Positions 13,143 through 25,348 of a DNA stretch of 64,000 nucleotides are shown here, piece after piece (positions within the stretch are counted from its first letter, which is position 1; every line of letters starts with the position of its first letter). The DNA comes from Phoronis australis (taxonomy: Eukaryota > Animalia > Phoronida). The DNA lies in contig NMRA01000476.1 of assembly GCA_002633005.1 (NCBI GenBank), positions 274,592 to 338,591 of the forward strand, given 5' to 3'. A program made the position numbers and the translations under genes. The notes beneath the pieces are model-generated. The model worked only from the letters and a program-made list of their open reading frames with translations. It searched no databases and was not told where the DNA came from.

Positions 13143-16100
13143 TCAATTCCACACGTGGTTTCTGCAGTGTTGTTCAGCCTGAAAACAAAATAACACTACT
13201 TACAACACTGTTGAAACTTTAAATCTGATAAAGTATCTCCAACTTAAAAACATCTTCACAATCAGAATAGTTCCAAACTTGCCAACATCTCCCACAATAA
13301 AAACAGTTTAAACAGGTACTTCTTTGACAACATTTTTTATTTTCACCAAGAGCTTTTTACCTATTTTATCAATATGGGTCAGCAGAAGGATTGTGCATTT
13401 CATTGCAAGATTCAACGCATTCACAAAAAATTTGTGTACTTGCATTTGTTCTACTGTGCTTACCTGACATTTCTTTGCATTTTCCAAACTAGCACACCAG
13501 TAGCGCGGACCATACATGCACTTAGAACCCTTTCCAAGCATGGCTTTCTGAGAATGCTGCATGGAGTTGATCCTAATCCACCCTTTAGGCTGCCCACACA
13601 GCTCAATCATCTACAGGAAAAAAACACAAGTCATGAGTAGAGATTAGTTTATTTGATAATGCACATAACTACAATAATAAATACAGTAATAGGTAAAAGT
13701 TACTAAGAAATTAAAAAATAATGACAAAAAGTTTAAAACGTATATCCATGGTGGTACATACACAAATTAAAAAAATTAAAGAAAACAAAATAATATAGGG
13801 AATAATTGATATATTATAAATAATTATACAGATTATGTTCATGCCTATCACAAAATCAAGACATTTATTTCCCTATGGTTGCAACAACTTGAGTCTCACC
13901 AAACTCGTTCATGGCTATGTTAGAGACACAAACGCTCAATGAAGATTCTGATTTTCAGCCACAGTAAGCAAAGTTCTAAGCAAAAATTCTATAAGTCACC
14001 TTCCTGGTCAATTATTTTCTACTCGTGGTGTTTTGAGTTAAGATGTAACATTTGGATTTGCAAATTTATTGTGACTATGACAAGAGTGAAAGCCAAAGAA
14101 CATACTGTTCCTTTTCTAATGAACACTCATTTTAATACTATGACATACCGAACACAGCTGATTGGATTTCATATCCAGGAATGCTTTCATGATGACGCTG
14201 TAGTAGGTATCGACGTAGTTACTGCAGGTGCTCTGCATGTTGCTGGGTATGAAGGAGCACACCTTCAGAAGTAAGTCCTCCAGTTCACGCTGAGTGGCCG
14301 GCTTGCCTCTCATCATAGACTGCATGTTGACCACAAAGATGTTACAGTAGTCGCAGCTATATGTTTTGGCCTTCACTGAAAGAGAAAAGAAACAATATCA
14401 ATTCAGGATTGACTGAATTAAGCCAATAAACAAAAACTTTCCTGAGGCTGCAATGTTTTGGCATTAAGTGAAGAAGAAAAAGGAACAAGTTGCAACTTGA
14501 TTCAGCACAGAAGTCGAGTTAATGGTGCTATAGGCTGGCTGTGAATGATGCACCTAAACAGGCACCTCCCACTGAACATCTTATAACTCAGAGATTTGAT
14601 ATGACTAAAGATTAAGGGCTGTTCCAGTAAAATCCGTGTGGGAGGGGGGGGACGGCAGTAGAAATAAAAATTCATGGGTGGTGGTCTTCAGAAAAAAACT
14701 CAAATTATGGGTGGTCGTTCCTGTAATAAGTGATGCATTAAAAATGGGTGGTATTTTTTGACCTGTTAATGTTGATAGGTTGGTTACTTCAGCCCTAAAA
14801 ACTCAAAAATAAATGCAATTGTCCAGATACAAAAAAGCCCATATTGCCAGTGAACAGAGTGCAATATGTTCACTAAGCCATTAATCAAGTCATGGGCAAC
14901 TCGATTTGAGCCAACTGTTTGTCTGCAGTCCTATTGAATTGAAAAGTTATGCAACACTGAACTGGTGTTAACACATATAAGAAAATTGATGATTTTTAAA
15001 TAAAAAGTATGAGGAGTAAGATAAACAAGTTCCAATATTCACTTGACATAGAAGTATAGAAGAGTTCGTNGCAACTTGATTCAGCACAGAAGTCGAGTTA
15101 ATGGTGCTATAGGCTGGCTGTGAATGATGCGCCTAAACAGGCACCTCCCACTGAACATCTTATAACTCAGAGATTTGATATGACTAAAGATTATAAAAAA
15201 GGAAGGGGCAATAATTTTGTAAAAAGTTTGGCAAAAAACAGGAAAGGAAAAAATCATTATTGTTACTGTAGTAGCTGCCGATGCCATGACTTGAGAAGTG
15301 AGATTCTATTTTGAGTCATGGTTTAAATACCAACTTCTTTCCAACTTGTCATTCGTTGGATATCAGCCTGCACTTTAAAGTAAATTTAGGCACAGAATGT
15401 AACTACTACATTACACATTTCAAATCACATTGAAGGCACTAAAAAGAGATTAGCACACCAGGTAATATTTATTTTAACAAGTTCTTAGTGACGGCATGTC
15501 AAAAATGTAGATTATTTTGTAATTCTAGCACCATTTTTTGCCAATTGAAAACTTTAATTAAATATAAGCAAGTTCTTGATAATCAATTTTAGTACTAGAT
15601 TCTTACTTTTAAAACATCTAACTTTTACGTGCAGTGGGTGTTAGGTTTACACTAAAACTGTTATTCCAATACCAGAAGCAACAAAATTGTAAGGACTACG
15701 CACAAACTCACCTGCTTTGATGGCTACAGCATTACAGAGACCCAGAGTTCGACAGATAAGCTTGGGCTGGAGATCCTGGGATAGTACCTGCAGGATGGCC
15801 TTACCATACCGACTAATGATCTGAGAGCACTCATCCTTGAGGCTGGACGGCACAAGAGTGCACACTTTTTGAAGACCCGTCATGATCTCCGCCTACATTG
15901 AGGTCATAAGGTCAAGATTAGAAATTAATGGTATCCAACAGACACATGTGTAAAAAATATAACATTTCTGTGCCATTGCCCAATCAGATTTCAAATACAA
16001 TTGAGAAATTCATGCACCCATGGTCTACACAAACATGGAAAAATTTACCTTCAAGCAAAATGTTGGGACCGGCATCAGCAGAAAAAGATTTTTCAGAGTG

Positions 16101-19100
16101 AATATTATTGTTCTTAAGAATAGCCAATTTTTGTAAGCAGGCTGGGGAATAAAAGCTGGACAGTCTGGTTATAAGAACTGGAAAACACACTGGAAAAAAA
16201 TCCATCTTGTATGGCCAATAGATGAATGTGAACTCTGTGCCTGTTACAACATTGCAGCTTACAAAAACACTCAAAGTTATCTCTACACAATCACAAACAT
16301 GAATGCACCAATATGATACTTACCTGGGTAGCCTTCTGCCCCAAGTATTTCTCCAGTTCACTCATGGCCAGCTCACACACATCACATTGCAGAGAGGTCC
16401 TCACACTGGGCAGCTGAATGGTGGCTAAACAGAAGAAATAAAATTCTTACACGAAACTGCCTGCATATAACTAATTTTGTGCAAAATAAAGACACCTACC
16501 AGGTGACCTGTGACAGGCGAGGCATTATAGCAGTAAAAACTCTTTTGGAAATAGTTTTAGGAGATGTCTGATGCTCAGTTAACAACACTCAAAGTTTCAC
16601 ATCATTTTTTTAAACAATAAGACAATGGAGCTAGGGAATTTTTATTTTTGTCTACTGAACATACGCCTCATTTTTCCACACAAAGACAAGCAGTTATTCC
16701 CTCCCATCATATCCTTCATATATGTTTGCATTAAATAAACATTGTATTGACTATTTTCAACACACCCAGAGTTATGACTCACCATTACACAGACCAATAG
16801 CAGTGCAAATGGCAGCTGGCTTCACATCCTTGACCAATAGCTTCAGGATCTCATCAGCATACTTATCTATCACATTCTGGCACTCAGATGCTACAGTAGC
16901 TGGTAGCAGTTTACACACTTTATCAAGGGCACTCTTGATTTCTTCCTAAAGAGTGAGGAAAACGTCTCGATTTATAAGACCAAATGCTCCTCCCAAAATT
17001 CCCAAAAACTTCACTTTCAACAAGTAATACTCTGATATACGCCAACTTTCAATCATGGAAAAAACACTAAGAGTTCAAATCAGCGAGATTTGAAGTGAAA
17101 TTTAAATATACTAGTCATAGAACACAGAGATTCATCAAGTTTAAGATAACTTTGAGTCTAAGGCTTATTTCCAAGCTCAGTGTGGCATTCTGCAAACCAA
17201 ATTTATTGTGAGAAAAGCAAGATCTGGAAAATCACACAAGTGAAAAGCAAGTGTTTTGTGAGTACGCTCAGAAGTTTATTAGCCGATCCTAGCAAAATGA
17301 CAGTGTTTGAAGAAATTGGTCAGTGAGTTTGGAATGTTAAATTGTGGGATTTTAAAAATATGAGCACTGCCCCAGAAATTGCTTTCGCATTATATCCAGG
17401 TTCTCATTCACTCCCTAACATAGATTTACTAGTAAGACCGAGCTTAGAGGAGTAGAAGACACCTTTGTGCTATGCTCGATTGTCTGCCAGTAAAGCCAGG
17501 ATTTGAACGCACGTCTCTGAAACTAGAGCTCAAACCACTGAGCCACACCACCTTCTCTAAATGTGAGATTGAATTTATTGTTTCGGTCAAGATTTTTCAA
17601 CGCAAGTGTAAGTTAAAGTTGCGGAGTGTACGGAACTCAGCACTGTTTATACTTGGAGTGTACGGAACTCAGCACTGTTTATACTTGCCTCTGTAGCATT
17701 CTTCGTCAACATGGACTCCAGCTGGGACACCATGTACTCACACATGACACACTGAACAGGAGTAGCGACTTTGAGGGAGGAGACTTTAACCGCGCTTGAT
17801 GTGGCTGAAATCAAAAGAAAGTTCACACTGAACAGCTGTGGATGATAAGCAGCATATGTTATTTTAGAAAAGGCTGTCTGTGATGGGATTCAAATTAGAA
17901 CTTTCTGATATTATGCTGTACGCACTGTTCTCCAAAACACTAGAAGGAATATTTTTAAAATTATCTACTTTAGCATGAGGGCTATCAAGAAATAGGACTT
18001 AAATGATTTTCATGAAAAACTTTTAAAATCCATACAACAAAAATGAAATGATAATTTAGGGAAAGCGTAACAGCATTTTTGAGACCTAACCTTCAACAGT
18101 TTCATCAAATAGAATTGGATCTCGTTATTGACACCATTTTTATGCTGTCAATGTACATTTCATTTTGACACAGTCACATGGCCCAATTCTACAGGATTTC
18201 TATTTTCAGAAAAATAATGTATATTTTACGGAGCTAAAATCTAACAGTTTTGTACATACTTGGCCAATTACGCAGACCTGTTCACTCAGTTCCTACATAT
18301 CCATATGGGTCGAATGATAATTATGTAAACTAAGACTACACAAAGAGAAAGTTACCAGCTTTTCTGCTGGCCAGTCAAGGAAGTGGGACATGTATAAAGC
18401 AAAAGTATGGAATGTTCCTCTCAACAGAGTCGCTGGGTTTTCAAAAACAAAAACATATTCAAAGACTTGTTGAAGAGGGAGGGGCTTAATGTGTTCTACC
18501 TACTAAATGAATGTACATATAAAAACGCCTCGACACTGCCAAAATGATTAACTGTCCAACAGCAGACACAGAAGTCTTCAATTAAAGTCTTACCATTACA
18601 CAAGCCTAGTTTGGTACACACTACCGAAGGCTTCAGCTCTTCCACAAGAAGTTTTACGATGTCATCTGCATACTGTTCAACAAGAGATACACACTCCGTA
18701 GAGACAGTAGATGGGAGATAGCTGCACACAGCTTCAAGGGCCTTTTTGATATCCTCCTGTTGAAATATTTAGTAGAATATTCCAATTATGTAATAAGTAA
18801 TATTTTAATACAAATGACATGTCAAATACATCAACTGCTGTCAAATAAACTCAATAGGGATGGGGGGGCTAATAGGGGGAGGGGGGCTAATTAAATGTGA
18901 ACAACGTGTATGCTGCTTTACTGAATGGCAGGAATCGTCCTATTTTTCTAAACTTTAACTATGGTCTCCTTCACCCTGTGGTGACATGGTTTCCAGGATG
19001 ATACCAGTTTAAGTCAGAAATGCACTCGGATATAATACTTTGCATGTATTATTTTTGGAAGCCAATACATTTTAAGCACATAATAAAAAGAAAACTAACA

Positions 19101-22100
19101 AGTATCCATTTTTGTTGTAACTTTAATATATTACAGGTGTGATTTTGTAGAGATTCATCACTTCACATGCAGTCCGCTGAATGCATTTATTGTCCTGTTA
19201 AAACAAACACGCACAAATCAATGTGATGTTCACTGATGTCAAGCATTATTCTTGTTCAATCACGAACAATCATTTAAATACACGAAGGAGTAGGTATATT
19301 CAAAAGTCATCAATGTCTGACCATCAAATAAGAGACCATTTCATACAGCATGCAGTCTCCAATACCTCTGTAGCATTAGAAGACAACAGGGACTCCATAT
19401 AGTTCATCATATATTCACAAATGGCACAGGTGGGAGAGTCACGGGCCGCTACCATTACTGGAACTTTGCCTGATACTCCTATAAAGTGTAAGTAGGTTAG
19501 AGGTTAAAAAACATCAAATACCTTCAGTCATTTCTGAGATGTGTCCCAAAGTTAGCCAAATTCAGACATTTTCCAGTGTTACTTACAACATTAGCACCAC
19601 ACTCCCCAATGACTGTCAGTCCTAGACAAGATTTAAATGGTACAGTTGAGGAGCTAATTCATACCAGTATCAATTCTGTGTACTGAGATACGAAAAACAT
19701 TGGAGAATAGACAGCACATAACAGGCATAAAAGGATCAATTTTTTGAAAGGAAATAGAAAATCTAATACTAGTACAAGCGATTGAGGAGGCAGTGTGGCC
19801 TAGTGTGATAGGTGCCTACTTTCTTTACTCAAGGTTGTGGCTTCCCGTCCCACTGGGCCATACGGATAGACCCTTGAGTCAGGTTTCTAGCTCCTCAGTT
19901 CTGTTTTAACAATATAAAGCACAAAAATGATGTCAGGTGATCCGTGCAATGGGCACACATGCACGTCCTGCCCACATCTGGTACATCTGTTCAGTTAGCA
20001 GTGATGACAAACCAGTAATGAGGGCAGATGCCAGTTACTGGAGCTCACAGCTTGTAAACAAACAGGAGTATATAAAGCAAAAGACAAGTTTGAAAACCAT
20101 GAATATTACACCAAAGGAAATTGGTCCCACTGACTGACACAATAACGAGTTCGACACAGTGAGTGAGAATCACTTAGATGAGTGGATGAAGCAACTCCAT
20201 TATTGAGAGATTTTGATTAGTATGAAGACGAAGAGCTCAGGTGTCATCGACAATATTCAGATGAATGCATTTTGCCTGGTACGTATTGAACAACATGAGG
20301 TTGCTATACAGTCACCACTAATTATCTGACTGCATCGTTTTTCTTGAGTGAGAGATCACGTGACCAATTTTATGCTCACATTTTAGAGCTAATTAAACAT
20401 TATAATGCAGTCTGAATGTGATTAAGTCATAAACTTTGACATATTGTGACATCAAAGAGCATGCAAATACTAGTTTAATGAACTCCAAATAGCTGCTATA
20501 AAATCGGTCTTACAACATTCCCTACCAAGACAGGATTCTACTATTTTCAAAACCATATAAGGACATCAAAACCATAAGTGACTTAAAAAACGCTTCAAAA
20601 TATTTTGGAGATTGACCAACCCTAAAATTGCAAATTTGAAAACGGCGCATGAATGCGTTGCCTGTGACTTGAGTAGCTGGCTCATTCCGAAACAATTTGG
20701 GATCAGACAAGGGTCTGTTTTTAAATCTTAAAAATGCTTTGGTTAAGAGTTTAACATTGACAACTAAGTAACCAGCAGCAAAATACCTACTTCACTGAAA
20801 ATTGGTTCCAATTTGTACTAAGATGGAAAATGATTCATGGGTTTAGAAAAGTGGAGATTTTTTGCTGATAAAGCTAAAAATAGATTAAATTAGAATTCAT
20901 GTGAGGCAGCTAATAGAGGTGGCGCTTTCTAGGATGTTCTACCACTTGTTCCACTATTACTGACATATTGTAAACCACAGAAGACAGTCATAGCTATAAA
21001 AATTCCAATAAAACATACATGTATTGAAAGTTTCTTATGATTGTTGCCTAACTGATTATACATTACGAAGCTGAGGAACAAAACGTTAAAAAATCTTGGC
21101 AACTTACGAGCTGAGCAAAGACCAAGCGCAGTGCAGACAACCTGCGGGCTGACTTCACGCACCAGAAGTGCAATGACAGCAGGTCCATAGTTTTTGACAA
21201 AGTCTTCGCATTCTTTTGATATCGTCGATGGCAACAGGCTGCACACCTTATCAAGAGCAGCTATTATCTCTGTCTGCAAAAGCAAGAGTTCGTTATTCAA
21301 AACAACAGGTCAGATAAACTGTATGTATAAGCAAAATCGCAAATAAACAGCAGTTTCACTGGATTTCATAAAAAGCAACTGGAAATGTTAAACATTTGAT
21401 AAGAAAACACTGCAATACATACTACAAGAATAGTTTTTTAAGTTTAACTCCAATCCCTCCCTCTTACAATATGAGGAAAAAGTTCGTCTAGTATACCTCT
21501 GTTGAATTCTTGCCAACAAGTTTCTCTAGTTCGTCTGCTACAAATTCACAAACACTGCATTCAACACTGCCTTGGACCTTTGGTGTCTTCAAAATCTTTA
21601 CAAGTTGGCCTCCAACTGCCACAGGTTTTGAATCTGTTACCACAGCAGAACACAAACCGATGGCTTTGCAGATAGCTGGCGGGTCCTAAACAAAATTACG
21701 CAAAGTTCGAATTTGAATACAGTTCTTATTGTGACGAGCTACAAGTTCATAATGTCCTGGGTAATAATTGCAAATGTGACCTTTTATATCCGTCAACCGA
21801 ATTTGAATAGATAACAAACAATAAGTGGTCATTAGTGAACACTGATAAAAATTGTATAAAAATATTTTAAAATCATGATTTCTTGCTCATATCACACTAC
21901 ATATTTTACTTGAATGTAGGACATTTTCTAGTTCCGAGAGAACAAGCACACATGTTTTGTTCATCAAATTCGAATTCTTGATGATAAATCAAAATTGAAC
22001 AAAAGCATATTCTCTCATCTGTAAAGCACTTGCACTAAGAAGTTGACAAAAACATTATAACAATTCTGGATACCATGTGAATGTCACTCGCTGTATTCTC

Positions 22101-25100
22101 TCTCTGTTTCCCATATTTACAATCTAAAGGAGCTCAACAACCTGTGGAGAAGCCTTGCAATGATAACCATATTACATGAAGCAAACCAATCACTCAAATA
22201 TTTTCTTCCCAGTGTGAAATTTTTCCATGGCCTTAAAAAATTTCAGATTAGCCAAATTTTAGACAGGATTAAAATACACTGACAACAAAGACAAAATGCT
22301 TTAATGGCATTAAATACGAAGTTATTATCTCTACAAATATTTTGCCTACAATTACATAAATCCTAACACAAAATCATACAGCAGCCAATTTACACTTTTT
22401 CATTGCACAAACTAAAAAAGAAATCACTTACAATGCCATAAACCAGTAACTCAAATATGTGCTTGCCTTCAGTCGTAATCAGGTCGTTACACTGAAAGTA
22501 CAGAAAAGTAAGTTGGCGATAATGGTTGTTATTTTACAAAACAGTTGGTAATGGTGGAAAACCCCAAAATGAATATATAATAGAGATATATTTCAGCTTG
22601 ATTTTCAAGAATGCTCCATAAGTGAGCATGTAAACAACACGTGTGCACCGAAAATTTCAAGAATCACAAGAGCAATGCAGAGCGTTGAAATGCGCCCACA
22701 ATTGCAACGTATACGGTATCCTTCTAGGGTTGTTTATTGGTACCATAAAGTGGCCAGTAGAGGGCATATATGTAGTATGTTGTACTTTGCAAAATGGAAA
22801 GGCATGGTCATTGTCTCCTCAATAGGCTAGGTTTCAAAATGTGAGTGATCTTCATAATACAAGCACATCCTATGCATCAGTTGCTTAAAGCACCACAGAA
22901 ACATAGAATTAAAAACAAATTTACCAACATACGAGATTAGCACAGCATTAGAATGCCAGAAACAAATTTCTACTTGGAACTTTTCCTTCACAGTCACGAA
23001 GTAACACAAAGTATACACCTGAAGACCTATGAAAATACAGAGGTCAATGTAAAATACTAAAATTGCCACTAGAGGCAAATACTAAAATTGCCACTAGAGG
23101 CATACCGGTAATCAGAATCATCCTAAAGTCGTCATCGTCCGTTGTCAACATCACATAAATACACTTGCTAAATTTAGTAAAGATCCTGCAAACGGTTTGG
23201 GAGATACAGCCATGGGCGCAAAAAAACAAAACTGCCACTAGGAGGCGCCACAGTAGTCCAAATCGTCTGAAAATCATTGTCAGCTGTCTTCCTTATAGTA
23301 AGCACATACACGCCAATTTTCACAATCATCCTTTGAGCGGTTTGGTTGATAGAGGGGTGGACGCAAAAATACAGACTCGAAAACAGTAAAAATGGCCACT
23401 AGGTGGCGCAAACTACGTCGAATCCATCTGAAAACAGTAGGATAGCGTCATCTCACTAATAGGTGCCTACATACCAAATTTCATGAAAATCCGTTCAATA
23501 CTTTTGAAGATACAAAGGTAAGCGTAAAAAACTAAAATTGCCACTAGGGGGCACACCGGTAGTCGGATCCGACCAAAAGTCGTCATCTTCCGTTGTTAAC
23601 ATCATATAAATATACTTACACAATTTGTAAAGATCCTGCGAACGGTTTAGGAGATACAGCCATAGGCGCAAAAAAACAAAACTGCCACTAGGAGGCGCCA
23701 CAGTAGTCGAAATCGTCGGAAAATCATCGTCAACCATCCTCTACATAGTAAGCATATACATGCCAATTTTCACAATCATCCTTTGAGCGGTTTGGTTGAT
23801 AGAGGGGTGGACGCACAAAAACACACTCGAAAACACTAAAAATGGCCACTAGGTGGCGCAAACTATGTCGAATTCATCTGAAAACGGGAGGATAGCGTCA
23901 TCTCACTAATAGGTGCCTACATACCAAATTTCATGAAAATCCGATCAGGACTTTTGAAGATACAAAGGTAAGCGTAAAAATGTAAAATTGCCACTAGGGG
24001 GCACACCGGTAGTCGGATCCGTCCGAACGTTCGCACATGCCGTCCCATTCATGAATGGAACATATGTGCAAAATTTCATGAACATATGTCAAAGGGATTT
24101 GGAGATAGAGCAGCGGACGCCGGACGCCAGACGGACGCCGCCCGTACGGACGGACGGACGGACGGACGGAGATGACGGCATAATGCGTCCACATATAAAT
24201 ATGTGGGCGCATAATAATCAATTTTGCAATGTATGAAAGTTTGCCTCAATAATAGCCAGAACAGTAGTAAATTTCGGAAATATACACAGTATGTATAAAC
24301 AAAACTAAGACGTTAAAAAGAAAAAATAATTTAACTGCCACAGAAATTTAAAGCGAACCAGTATATCTATATCAAATAACAACATTTGAAAACTTTAACT
24401 TTACACAAAAACCTTCACAATGTTGCAACATATGTAGCAAACTGTTACTCACTGCAGTAGCTAGAGAGCCAAGTTTGGAACACAGGTTATCTTCAAGAAA
24501 CTTCTCAACTTCAGCCTAGGACAAGGATGACAATAAAACTTACAAAAGTAATAATAAAGAAAATGAAAGGTATAACTCTAGTATGTCCTTTAGACCAACT
24601 GCTTTAAAGTGCAGGACAACCCATAAAACAATCAGACAAAGTACCATTTCTGTGTAATGATGACAGGTTTCGATAACAATGAAAACGTCTGGCTATGACT
24701 CATCATGACGGTTAAATTCTACAGGAAGACTCACATAGTATCATGGCAACTGCATGGAAATGTGGGATTGGACATTACTGATCTCTAAAGGATGAGTGGG
24801 CAATTTCCCTTTTGTTTAAACAATAAAAGTGTTCTTTTCAAAAAGTCAAACACATCCCAATACGTCACATGTTGAAGATGTACCTCCAGCCAAGTCTCCG
24901 ATAGTAGCACTAATCTTGCAGTTGCTTAACTTTCCACCTGACCTACACATTTATATTGCCAGTTAGTAAGGCGATAGTCTGATTATCCCCACTCATGACA
25001 GGAAATTATGGTCATTTTGTCTCATGATTTTGACATGTACCATACAAATATATGGCACGAAGCGATTGGATGAAGATTACACTTCGTAATTCAAATACCA

Positions 25101-25348
25101 CTTGATCAAGAGATTTGGATAGAAATTTCATTGACAGAACTTTTGATTGCTCAAAACCAAAGCATGTGATGCCAAGATCTTCACCTCTAAGCAATAAAAA
25201 ATCCCAAGAATCGGGAACAATATACTACAACATAAATATGAGGTTGCAAAAATACACTTACTTGTGTGGTATTCAAAGAGATACTAATTTTGAGGGCAGC
25301 AAGAACTTCTTGACACAATGAACAAAGTGCACTACTCTTGACATTGGG
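13143..25348 (-). CDS. PSAP: Prosaposin 3' module B: 6 SapB + C-terminal SapA + stop (14 exons, 1812 nt); with the shared block gives an 867-aa, 8-SapB protein
   Basis: Exons 25262-25348, 24453-24515, 22432-22491, 21497-21685, 21108-21273, 19366-19478, 18594-18756, 17689-17804 (GC donor), 16783-16945, 16324-16424, 15712-15892, 14149-14375, 13464-13610, 13143-13178 (AEQHCRNHVWN-stop). Open frame throughout; begins at a phase-0 acceptor with no ATG or signal peptide of its own. Confidence 0.88.

Noticed and set aside
23044-24236. ORF-track peptides in the HINE copies, and most other 60-160 aa ORFs in the track
   Set aside because: They arise from repeats, introns or antisense frames of real exons and show no recognisable domains.
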